NCBI GenBank assembly: GCA_035485475.1
Contig: DATHOA010000193.1
Coordinates: 1-24,000, forward strand
Source of the DNA: Steroidobacteraceae bacterium
GTDB taxonomy: Bacteria; Pseudomonadota; Gammaproteobacteria; Steroidobacterales; Steroidobacteraceae
Length of the DNA stretch: 24,000 bases
Direction of reading: 5' to 3'
Part shown: one piece after another, positions 15,649-23,374 of the stretch
How positions within the stretch are numbered: the stretch's first letter is position 1
Layout: each line of letters begins with the position of its first letter
Notes under the pieces: model-generated
What the model saw: only the letters and a program-made list of their open reading frames with translations
Told to the model about the DNA's origin: nothing
Databases searched by the model: none
Program-made: the position numbers and the translations under genes

Positions 15649-18210
15649 ATGCGCGCAGCAGACGTTCAGATGAGCTCAAGCACCACCGGTTCCCCCGCTT
15701 CCTTCCCCGTTTCCCTGGCCCCGCACAACCAGTCTGTCGACAGCTGGGTGGTGCACAAATTCGGCGGTTCAAGCGTCGCGGACGCCGCCTGCTTCGAGCG
15801 CGTGGCGGACATTCTGGAGGCGCAGCCGCACAAGCATCTGGGGGTCGTGCTGTCCGCGTGCCGCGGCGTCACCGATGCACTGCTGCGGCTGGTCGTACAG
15901 GCCGAACAACAGGATGAGCGTTACCAGCTCGAGCTGCAGGCGCTGCGCGATCGTCATGCCACCATTGCGCAGGCGCTGCTGTCGGCGCAGGCCGCCGCCT
16001 TGTACCTGTCCGCCATGGATCGGGATTGTCATGACATCGAGGGCATTCTGCACACCGTCCAGCTGACGCGTTCGGCCGCCGACAATGTCCGCGACCTCAT
16101 CGCCGGGTACGGTGAGATCTGGTCGACCCGGCTGTTCCACAAGTACTTCGAATCGCGCACCAAGCGCGCCGGCAAGACCCTATGGCTGGATGCGCGCCGC
16201 ATCGTGGTCGTGGAATGGAGTTCGCTGGGGCCGGCCGTGCAGTGGACCGAATCGGAGGCGAACATCGCGCGGGTGGTCGGCGCCGACTTTCAGGGCACAC
16301 TGATCATCACCGGGTTCATTGCCTCCAATCGCAAGGGCCTGCAGACCACTCTCGGCCGCAACGGCAGCGATTTCTCCGCCTCGATTTTCGGCGCGCTGCT
16401 CGGCGCGGCGGAGATCCAGATCTGGACCGACGTGGATGGCGTGCTGTCGGCGGATCCGCGGCGCGTGCCCGATGCCAAGGTCATCGATTCGCTGTCCTAT
16501 AACGAGGCGATGGAGCTGGCGTACTTCGGCGCCAAGGTCATCCATCCGCAGACCATGGCGCCGGCCATCCGACGCAACATTCCCATCTGGATCCGCAATA
16601 CCTTTGCACCGCAAAAGCCCGGTTCATTGATCTGCGCGGCCCCGGAGTCCACGCTGCCGGTGAAAGGCATCACCAGCATTGACGGGGTGGCACTGGTCAA
16701 CGTCGAGGGCGCCGGCATGATTGGCGTACCCGGCACGGCGCATCGTCTGTTCGGCGCGCTGCGCGAAGAGGGGATCTCCGTGACCCTGATCTCCCAGGGC
16801 AGTTCCGAACACTCGATCTGCTGCGCAATACCGGCGGACCAGGCCGAACGCGCGGCCCGTGTGGTGCGCGGCGCGTTTGATCGTGAACTCACTGAGGGCC
16901 AGATCCAGCGTGTGGATGTGGACTCGGGACTGGCCATCCTGGCCGTCGTCGGCGATGGCATGGCGGGCATGCCCGGCGTCTCGGCCAAGGTGTTTGAAGC
17001 GCTGGGCGGTTCGGCCGTCAATGTGCGCGCCATCGCCCAGGGTGCCAGCGAGCGCAATATCTCGGTGGTGATTGAAGCCAAGGATGCCACGCGCGCACTG
17101 CGCGCGGTGCATTCGAGCTTCTACCTGTCACCGCATACCCTCTCCATTGGCCTGATCGGACCGGGAACGGTGGGTCGGGTGCTGCTGGATCAGCTCGCCT
17201 CGCAGAGCAGCCGGCTGCGCGAGCAGTTCCAGATCGATCTGCGCGTGCGTGGCATCCTCACCTCCGAGCGCATGCTGCTCAGTGATTCGGGTGTCGACCT
17301 GGCCAACTGGAGCGACGGCTTCAAGAGCGGGGCGATCGCGGCGGACTTGGGCCGATTCGTCGAGCACCTGAATGTGGACCACCTGCCGCATACGGTGTTG
17401 ATCGATTGCACCGCCAGCGAATCGGTGGCGCGCAATTATCCGCAATGGCTGGCCAGTGGCATCCACGTGGTCACCCCGAACAAGAAGGCCAACAGTGCGC
17501 CGCTGGCATTCTATCGCCAGGTGCGCGCCGCGGGCCGCACCAGTGGGGCGCACTACCTGTATGAAGCGACGGTCGGGGCGGGCCTGCCGATCATCCAGAC
17601 CCTGCGCGACCTGCGCGAGACCGGTGATGAGATTGAAAGCATCGAGGGCATCTTTTCGGGAACCTTGGCTTATCTCTTCAACGTCTACGACGGCGCCGTG
17701 GCCTTCTCGGACATCGTGCGCGATGCCAAGCAGCGCGGCTATACCGAGCCGGACCCGCGTGATGACCTGTCGGGCATGGATGTGGCGCGCAAGCTGATCA
17801 TCCTCGGCCGCGAGATGGGGCTGGCGCTGGAAATGGCGGATGTGAAAGTCGAAAGCCTGGTGCCACCGGGACTGTCCGGATCCTCGATCGATGACTTCAT
17901 GAGTGGCCTGCCGAAATTCGACGCAGGCATGAACGAGCGACTGCAGGCGGCGCAGGGCCGCGGCAAGGTGCTGCGCTATGTGGGTCGGATCACCTCCCAG
18001 GGTGAAGCGACGGTTGGGTTGATCGAACTCGACCGCGGCCATGCCTTTGCGAATATGGCGCTGACCGATAATGTCGTGCGTTTTGCCACCGGCCGGTACA
18101 ATGCCAATGCTCTGATTGTTCAGGGTCCCGGTGCAGGTCCCGAGGTGACTGCCGGCGGCGTGTTCGCCGATCTGCTGCGGCTGTCCGCCTATCTCGGAGC
18201 TCATATTTGA
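15649..18210 (+). CDS. thrA: Bifunctional aspartokinase / homoserine dehydrogenase
   Basis: VHKFGGSSVADAA aspartokinase start, ACT-domain region, and a C-terminal HSDH domain (LIGPGTVGRVLLDQL..., YLYEATVGAGLPII). The start is ambiguous: ATG 15649, ATG 15670, or GTG 15748/15751 just before the conserved VHKFGG. Confidence 0.95.
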   Translation: MRAADVQMSSSTTGSPASFPVSLAPHNQSVDSWVVHKFGGSSVADAACFERVADILEAQPHKHLGVVLSACRGVTDALLRLVVQAEQQDERYQLELQALRDRHATIAQALLSAQAAALYLSAMDRDCHDIEGILHTVQLTRSAADNVRDLIAGYGEIWSTRLFHKYFESRTKRAGKTLWLDARRIVVVEWSSLGPAVQWTESEANIARVVGADFQGTLIITGFIASNRKGLQTTLGRNGSDFSASIFGALLGAAEIQIWTDVDGVLSADPRRVPDAKVIDSLSYNEAMELAYFGAKVIHPQTMAPAIRRNIPIWIRNTFAPQKPGSLICAAPESTLPVKGITSIDGVALVNVEGAGMIGVPGTAHRLFGALREEGISVTLISQGSSEHSICCAIPADQAERAARVVRGAFDRELTEGQIQRVDVDSGLAILAVVGDGMAGMPGVSAKVFEALGGSAVNVRAIAQGASERNISVVIEAKDATRALRAVHSSFYLSPHTLSIGLIGPGTVGRVLLDQLASQSSRLREQFQIDLRVRGILTSERMLLSDSGVDLANWSDGFKSGAIAADLGRFVEHLNVDHLPHTVLIDCTASESVARNYPQWLASGIHVVTPNKKANSAPLAFYRQVRAAGRTSGAHYLYEATVGAGLPIIQTLRDLRETGDEIESIEGIFSGTLAYLFNVYDGAVAFSDIVRDAKQRGYTEPDPRDDLSGMDVARKLIILGREMGLALEMADVKVESLVPPGLSGSSIDDFMSGLPKFDAGMNERLQAAQGRGKVLRYVGRITSQGEATVGLIELDRGHAFANMALTDNVVRFATGRYNANALIVQGPGAGPEVTAGGVFADLLRLSAYLGAHI

Positions 18211-19145
18211 ACGTTACGACCTCAGCCACGGCCTTTGCGCCGGCCTCAGCCGGCAATGTGGCCATCGGCTTTGACATCCTTGGCTTTGCCGTCGACGCAC
18301 TGGGCGACAAGGTGTCAGTCACGCGCACGACCCAGCGCGGCGTAACGATTTCAAGCATCACCGGCGTCAGTGTCGAGCTGCCGCGCAACCCCGAAGGCAA
18401 TACCGCGGGCCGCGCGGTGATGGCCATGCAGGAGACGCTGGATCTGCCGTTTGGCTTTGATATGCGCATCGAAAAGGGCATCCCGCTGGGCTCCGGTCTC
18501 GGGGGCTCGGCCGCCTCGGCCGTGGCCGCCGTGGTGGCCGCCAATGCGCTGCTGCCCACGGCCTGTACGAAGCTTGAGCTGTTGAAGTTCGCGATGCATG
18601 GAGAGGCCGTCGCCTCCGGTTCCATGCATGTCGACAACATCGCCCCGTCGCTGTTTGGCGGCCTGGTTCTCACCGTCGGCATCGACAATCCTCATGTCAA
18701 ACAGATTCCCGTGCCGCGCGCCGTGCGTGCGGTGATGGTCCATCCGCACCTGTTCCTGTCCACCAAGGATGCGCGCTCGATTCTGCGCAGCAGCGTCGCC
18801 ATGTCGGATTTCGTCTGGCAGACCGCGCATCTGGCCGGCTTCATCTCCGGGTGCTACACCGACGATATCGAGCTGATTCGCGCATCGCTCGAGGATGTCG
18901 TGATCGAGCCGCAGCGCCAGACCCTGATTCCTGGCTTCGCGGACGTGCGCCGCGCGGCCATGGCCACCGGCGCCCTGGGCTGCTCGATTTCCGGCGCCGG
19001 TCCGACAGTCTTCGCCTGGGCGCTGGAGCATCAGGCCGCGGCGGTACTGGCCGCCATGCGCGCGGAATTCGGCCGCCACAATGTGCCCATCGACGAGTGG
19101 ATCATTGAGATCAATTCCCCGGGTGCGCGCGTCATCGGGCCGTGA
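18207..19145 (+). CDS. thrB: Homoserine kinase
   Basis: NVAIGFDILG and the GHMP-kinase motif GIPLGSGLGGSAASAVAAV. TTG start forming a TTGA overlap with the thrA stop. Confidence 0.93.
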   Translation: MNVTTSATAFAPASAGNVAIGFDILGFAVDALGDKVSVTRTTQRGVTISSITGVSVELPRNPEGNTAGRAVMAMQETLDLPFGFDMRIEKGIPLGSGLGGSAASAVAAVVAANALLPTACTKLELLKFAMHGEAVASGSMHVDNIAPSLFGGLVLTVGIDNPHVKQIPVPRAVRAVMVHPHLFLSTKDARSILRSSVAMSDFVWQTAHLAGFISGCYTDDIELIRASLEDVVIEPQRQTLIPGFADVRRAAMATGALGCSISGAGPTVFAWALEHQAAAVLAAMRAEFGRHNVPIDEWIIEINSPGARVIGP

Positions 19146-20491
19146 CCACCATGCTGTTTCACAGTACGCGCCAACCTGCCGATGAACGCTCGACGACCAC
19201 CGGTTTCGCGCACGCCCTGCTCAAGGGGCTGGCGCCCGATGGCGGACTGTATGTGCCGCAGCAGTGGCCGGCGCACCGGGCCGCTGCGCTGTGCGAGCAG
19301 ATCGACCTGCCACCCGAGCAATACCTGACCGCTGCCGGCCTGGCTCGCGTCGGCGCGCTGTTCCTCGCGCCCCTGGTTGAGGGCAGCGAGCTGGCCAGCC
19401 AGCTGCCGGCCATCACCGCGCAGGCCTTCAGCTTTCCCGCGCCGTTGGTGCCGCTGGAGGTGCAGGGCCGCCTGGGCGTGCTGGAGCTGTTCCATGGCCC
19501 GACCGCAGCCTTCAAGGACTTTGGCGCGCGCTTCCTGGCCGCGTGCATGTCACGCCTGCGTACTCCCGGACAGCGTGCGCTGAACATCCTGGTCGCCACC
19601 TCCGGTGACACCGGGGGCGCGGTCGCCGCCGCCTTTCACCGTCTGCCGGGTGTCGAAGTGTCGGTGCTGTTTCCCAAGGGTCTGGTGTCCCCGACCCAGG
19701 AGCACCAGCTCACCTGCTGGGGCGACAATGTCCGATCTTTTCGGGTGCGCGGCAGCTTCGATGACTGCCAGCGCCTGGTGAAGGCCGCGTTCATGGACGC
19801 GCAGCTGAACCAGCGCTACGAGCTGACCTCCGCCAACAGCATCAACCTGGGGCGCTTGCTGCCGCAGGCCGTGTACTACGCCGCCGCCAGCCTCAAGGGC
19901 TGGTTGGAACACGGCGAGCCCGTCTCCTTTGTCGTGCCCAGTGGCAATCTCGGCAATGCCGTCGCGGGCTTGTGGGCGCGGCGCCTCGGCATGCCCATCG
20001 GCGAATTCGTACTGGCGCACAACGTCAATCGCACCGTGCCGGACCTGCTGGAGAGCGGCACCTTCACGCCGCGGGCGAGTATCCCCACGCTGGCCTCGGC
20101 CATGGATGTCGGCAATCCGAGCAACCTGGAGCGGCTGTGCTCGCTGTACCCGGACATTCACGAATTGCGGGCTACAATCAGCGCCGATGTGGTGACGGAT
20201 GAGCAGATTCGCGCGCGTATCCGCGGCGGTTTCGGCGAGTACGGCCAGATCTGGTGCCCGCACACGGCCACGGCGGCCGAGGTCTATGCGCGCCTGCCGG
20301 CCGCGCGGCGGCAACAGGGTCGCTGGGTGGTGGTGGCCACGGCGCACCCGGCCAAGTTCCGCGAGATCGTCGAGCCCTTGATCGGTCGCAGCGTCACCGT
20401 GCCGGCATCGCTCGCACGCCTGTTTGAATTGCCCGCGAAGGCTTGGGAAATTGCGGCCGATCTGGATGCTTTGCGCCAGGGAATGAACTAG
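19142..20491 (+). CDS. thrC: Threonine synthase
   Basis: PLP-lysine motif FHGPTAAFKDFGARF, SGDTGGA, and a length of 449 aa. GTG 19142 overlaps the thrB stop (GTGA). ATG 19151 (MLFHSTR...) is an alternative start. Confidence 0.93.
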   Translation: MTTMLFHSTRQPADERSTTTGFAHALLKGLAPDGGLYVPQQWPAHRAAALCEQIDLPPEQYLTAAGLARVGALFLAPLVEGSELASQLPAITAQAFSFPAPLVPLEVQGRLGVLELFHGPTAAFKDFGARFLAACMSRLRTPGQRALNILVATSGDTGGAVAAAFHRLPGVEVSVLFPKGLVSPTQEHQLTCWGDNVRSFRVRGSFDDCQRLVKAAFMDAQLNQRYELTSANSINLGRLLPQAVYYAAASLKGWLEHGEPVSFVVPSGNLGNAVAGLWARRLGMPIGEFVLAHNVNRTVPDLLESGTFTPRASIPTLASAMDVGNPSNLERLCSLYPDIHELRATISADVVTDEQIRARIRGGFGEYGQIWCPHTATAAEVYARLPAARRQQGRWVVVATAHPAKFREIVEPLIGRSVTVPASLARLFELPAKAWEIAADLDALRQGMN

Positions 20492-20500
20492 GGAGCCTAT

Positions 20501-21109
20501 GTGGATCTGGTGACTGAACTGCCACCCCTCACCTGGGCTCTGGTTGCCGGCGCGGGAGTGCTGGGCTGGGCGCTGTCCTGGCTATGGCGCTGGTATCGCC
20601 AGCGTCGCGCCCGGCGTGCGCTGGTTGCGGCGGTCGCGGCGGTGGGGTCGGACCACCTGGTCGATGTGCTGGTGCCCGATGGCATGGGCAGCTCCTTCCA
20701 CGTGGATTTCGTGCTGCGTACGCCGCGCGGCGCCGTGGTGCTGGACCTGCGCGACGTGCGCGGCAATGTCTTCGGTGGCGACCAGATGAATGAGTGGACC
20801 GTCATGGACGGACCGCATCGTTACACTTTTGTGAATCCGCAAAGTTCGCTCTATGACCGCATTGCCGCGGTCAAGGCGATTGCCGGGGATGACATGCCGG
20901 TCGAAGGGCGCATCGTCTTCACGCGGCGGGCGCGCTTCCCCAAGGGACTGCCCAAGTGGACGCTGATGCTCGATTCCCTGGCCCGGGACTTCCCCCTGAT
21001 CGAGGGCGGTACGCCCGGCGGCATCGATCCCTTCGATCTGCCCTGGGCCAACATTCGCAAGGCCGTCAGACCCAGTTTGATGGCGCAGGCCCGACCCGTC
21101 AGCAGCTAA
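20501..21109 (+). CDS. Membrane-anchored NERD-like (nuclease-related domain) protein
   Basis: GTG start 5 nt after GGGAG (20491-20495). N-terminal TM helix (LTWALVAGAGVLGWALSWLWRWY). Then HLVDVLVPDGMGSSFHVDFVLRTPRGAVVLDLRDVRGNVFGGDQMNEWTV...FVNPQSSLYDRIAAVKAI, which follows my recollection of the NERD pattern (xIDhllitpxGifviExKnxxGxixGxxxxxxWtq...NPxxQ). The assignment is from memory, not a search. Confidence 0.6.
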   Translation: MDLVTELPPLTWALVAGAGVLGWALSWLWRWYRQRRARRALVAAVAAVGSDHLVDVLVPDGMGSSFHVDFVLRTPRGAVVLDLRDVRGNVFGGDQMNEWTVMDGPHRYTFVNPQSSLYDRIAAVKAIAGDDMPVEGRIVFTRRARFPKGLPKWTLMLDSLARDFPLIEGGTPGGIDPFDLPWANIRKAVRPSLMAQARPVSS

Positions 21110-21906
21110 GGCAGCTTGAACAGCGCGCGACTTGCCGCGCTCGCCGTGGCCGCCAATTGGTCCAGCGTCTCACCCCGCGCCTGCGCGACGACCGCGGCAA
21201 TATGCCGCAGGTGCATCGGTTCATTGCGGCGTGAGGCCGGACGCGGTTTGAGGTCGCGCGGCAGCAGGTAGGGGGCATCGGTTTCAAGATGCAGGGCCGC
21301 TGCGGGAATTTCCCGCAGCAGGGGCAACAGATGCGCGCCACGGCGCTCGTCGCAGATCCAGCCCGTGATGCCGATGGCCAGATCCAGATCCAGGTAACGG
21401 TGCAGTTGTTCGCCGCTGCCGGTAAAGCAATGCGCGACCCCGCCGACCAGGCCGTGGCGGTGCTCGCGCACAATGCTGACGAAATCATCGTGGGCATCGC
21501 GCTCATGCAGGAACACCGGTTTGCGCAGCCGCGCGGCCAGCTCCAGTTGCTGATGAAACGCGCGTTGCTGGATGGCGCGCGGTGCGATATCGCGAAAGTA
21601 ATCCAGGCCGCACTCGCCAATGGCCACAACTTCCGGTTGCTGTGCCAGGCTTTCAATTTCGGCCAGCACGGCGGCGTCAAGTTCACTGGCGTGATGCGGG
21701 TGGATGCCGGCGGTTGCAAAATGACGGCGGGGCGCTGCGCGTGCGAGCGCGATGGCCTGCCGGCTGCCCGCCGCGCTGGCCCCGGTAATGATCATCTGCA
21801 CCACGCCTGCTGCGCGGCCGCGTGCGATCACCGCTTCGCGGTCGGCATCGAAGCTGTCGTGACCGAGATTGATACCAATGTCTATCAGGCCCGGTGTCGA
21901 GTGCAT
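21106..21906 (-). CDS. tatD: TatD-family metal-dependent hydrolase/DNase
   Basis: LIDIGINLGHDSFDADREAVIARGRAAGVVQMIITG, AIGECGLDYFR, PVFLHERDAHDDF and LHLETDAPYLLPR are TatD motifs. The track ORF (start 22098) has a 64-codon junk extension. I start at ATG 21906, giving 266 aa. Confidence 0.88.
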   Translation of the reverse strand: MHSTPGLIDIGINLGHDSFDADREAVIARGRAAGVVQMIITGASAAGSRQAIALARAAPRRHFATAGIHPHHASELDAAVLAEIESLAQQPEVVAIGECGLDYFRDIAPRAIQQRAFHQQLELAARLRKPVFLHERDAHDDFVSIVREHRHGLVGGVAHCFTGSGEQLHRYLDLDLAIGITGWICDERRGAHLLPLLREIPAAALHLETDAPYLLPRDLKPRPASRRNEPMHLRHIAAVVAQARGETLDQLAATASAASRALFKLP

Positions 21907-21922
21907 GCACGATTCTGGCACA

Positions 21923-22696
21923 ATGCCATCCATGTTCCGTCTTTCCCGGGTTGCGCTGCTGCTGGTGCCGGCCATGTTCGGCATGGCGTCGTTGATCCGC
22001 GCCGCGGACACCGATTGGCGCGATGTGGAATCGCGCGTGCAATACGATTGGTACACCGAGGACGCGCGCGATCTTGCGGCCGTCGCGGACCGCATCACGG
22101 GCGTGCCGGTTGCCGATCCGCGGCGCAGCTACTACCTGGCATGGATGCAGTTGCGCCAGGCGCAACTGGCCTTTGCGCGCCTTGGCAGCGGCGATGCCGC
22201 GGCCGTTGCCGGTCGCGCGGCCGCGGACTGTATCAGTTCCGCTGACGATGCCTTGGCAGTGCGACCGACAGATGCGGAAGTGCTTGCCCTGCAATCATCG
22301 TGCATGGACTTGCGCAGTCGCATACGAACCGTGGGTATGCCTTTCGCCGGTTCGCGCAGTCGTGCCCAGATGCAAACGGCGTTGCAGCTCGCCCCCCGGG
22401 ATCCGCGCGTGCGGCTGCTGGCCGCGCAACTTTCCTATCTGAGCGCGAAGTCGACGCGCGAACGAACCCAGCTATTGGCGCCGTTCCAGAGCGCTGTGGA
22501 CGCCTTCGAGCTTGAGCGACAGGGCCTGGAGCGCATTCCGGCCTGGGGCGCGGCCGAAGCGTGGCAGGGGCTGGCCCAGGTTTACCTGGATCGTGGCGAT
22601 GCTATTGCGGCCCGCGCGGCGCTGGAGCACGCTTTGCTGCTGATGCCCGAGTACAAATCGGCGCATCGCCTGCTCGACCACATTGTGAAGGGGTAG
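21923..22696 (+). CDS. Secreted hypothetical protein with TPR-like C-terminal helices
   Basis: The track ORF is trimmed to ATG 21923 (or 21932). Signal peptide MPSMFRLSRVALLLVPAMFGMASLIRA. The C-terminus WQGLAQVYLDRGDAIAARAALEHALLLMPEYKSA looks like a TPR motif. The family is otherwise unrecognised. Confidence 0.55.
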   Translation: MPSMFRLSRVALLLVPAMFGMASLIRAADTDWRDVESRVQYDWYTEDARDLAAVADRITGVPVADPRRSYYLAWMQLRQAQLAFARLGSGDAAAVAGRAAADCISSADDALAVRPTDAEVLALQSSCMDLRSRIRTVGMPFAGSRSRAQMQTALQLAPRDPRVRLLAAQLSYLSAKSTRERTQLLAPFQSAVDAFELERQGLERIPAWGAAEAWQGLAQVYLDRGDAIAARAALEHALLLMPEYKSAHRLLDHIVKG

Positions 22697-22700
22697 CCCC

Positions 22701-22964
22701 TTGGAGCGCATGCCAATCGGAATCCGTGTGCTGTATATGCTGCTGTTCGCGGTCGCGTTCTGGATCCTGATCTGGGTACTCGCCGTGACGGTGATCGCGC
22801 AGTTGCTGCTCACGCTACTTGGGGGAGAGTCCAGCGCCGAGCTGCTCAAATTCAGCAAGGGAATTTCGAGCTATACATCTCAAGTTATCGAATTCCTTAC
22901 CTTTTTATCCGACCGGCCGCCTTTTCCATTTACGCCCTGGCCGGATCGGAACCCCATGCAATGA
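22701..22964 (+). CDS. Small membrane protein, DUF4389-like
   Basis: About 85 aa. Hydrophobic core RVLYMLLFAVAFWILIWVLAVTVIAQLLLTLL and a C-terminal FLTFLSDRPPFPFTPWP motif that I associate with DUF4389 (from memory). The start is TTG 22701 or ATG 22710. It lies 4 nt after the upstream stop. Confidence 0.55.
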   Translation: MERMPIGIRVLYMLLFAVAFWILIWVLAVTVIAQLLLTLLGGESSAELLKFSKGISSYTSQVIEFLTFLSDRPPFPFTPWPDRNPMQ

Positions 22965-22981
22965 ATTCTCAGGAGCGCTCA

Positions 22982-23374
22982 ATGTCCAAAATCTGCACCC
23001 CCGCATTCGCAGTACTGGCCATGGCCACCCTGTGCATGACCCAGGCGCAGGCGCAAGGCGCAGCGCAGGCGGCTTCATCGTCACCGGCTGCAACCGCCAA
23101 GGCGACGCAACCCGGCAAGAATTCCGCCGCGCCCGCACGTGGCGCGTTGGATCTGCACACCCCGCCGCTCAATCACATCATGCCGAGCGCGCAACTGCGC
23201 TACATCATGGCGAGCGATGACTCCGACGCCGATTCAGCCGGTGAAGTCAGTGTCAAAGGCACCAAGACGGTGGTCGTACCGGGTGCACCCGGCAATCAGT
23301 TGCAGGCCATACCCTGGGCCCTGCTGCATCCGACGCAGGCCTGGCGCATTTTCACTCCGCTGCAGGAGCCGTGA
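22982..23374 (+). CDS. Small secreted hypothetical protein
   Basis: ATG 22982 lies 6 nt after AGGAG (22971-22975). Signal peptide MSKICTPAFAVLAMATLCMTQAQA, then a low-complexity Ala/Ser/Pro linker. An alternative ATG at 22961 forms an ATGA overlap with the upstream stop. The 3' end overlaps convergent ltaE by 23 nt. Confidence 0.55.
   Translation: MSKICTPAFAVLAMATLCMTQAQAQGAAQAASSSPAATAKATQPGKNSAAPARGALDLHTPPLNHIMPSAQLRYIMASDDSDADSAGEVSVKGTKTVVVPGAPGNQLQAIPWALLHPTQAWRIFTPLQEP

Noticed and set aside
21916-21921. TGGCAC hexamer resembling the -24 element of a sigma54 promoter in the tatD/TPR-like divergent region.
   Set aside because: The required TTGC(A/T) -12 element is absent at the 5-nt spacing; the sequence continues AATGCCATCC.
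21907-22098. N-terminal extension of the tatD ORF (track start 22098). Similar upstream extensions occur in the FNR ORF (to 9155), marR ORF (to 4500), xdhC (to 15633), pqiB (to 6856) and the TPR-like ORF (from 21869).
   Set aside because: The extensions overlap neighbouring genes or promoter elements. They encode junk-like sequence before the conserved family N-terminus. Internal starts give family-typical lengths and, in several cases, ATGA coupling or a good SD.
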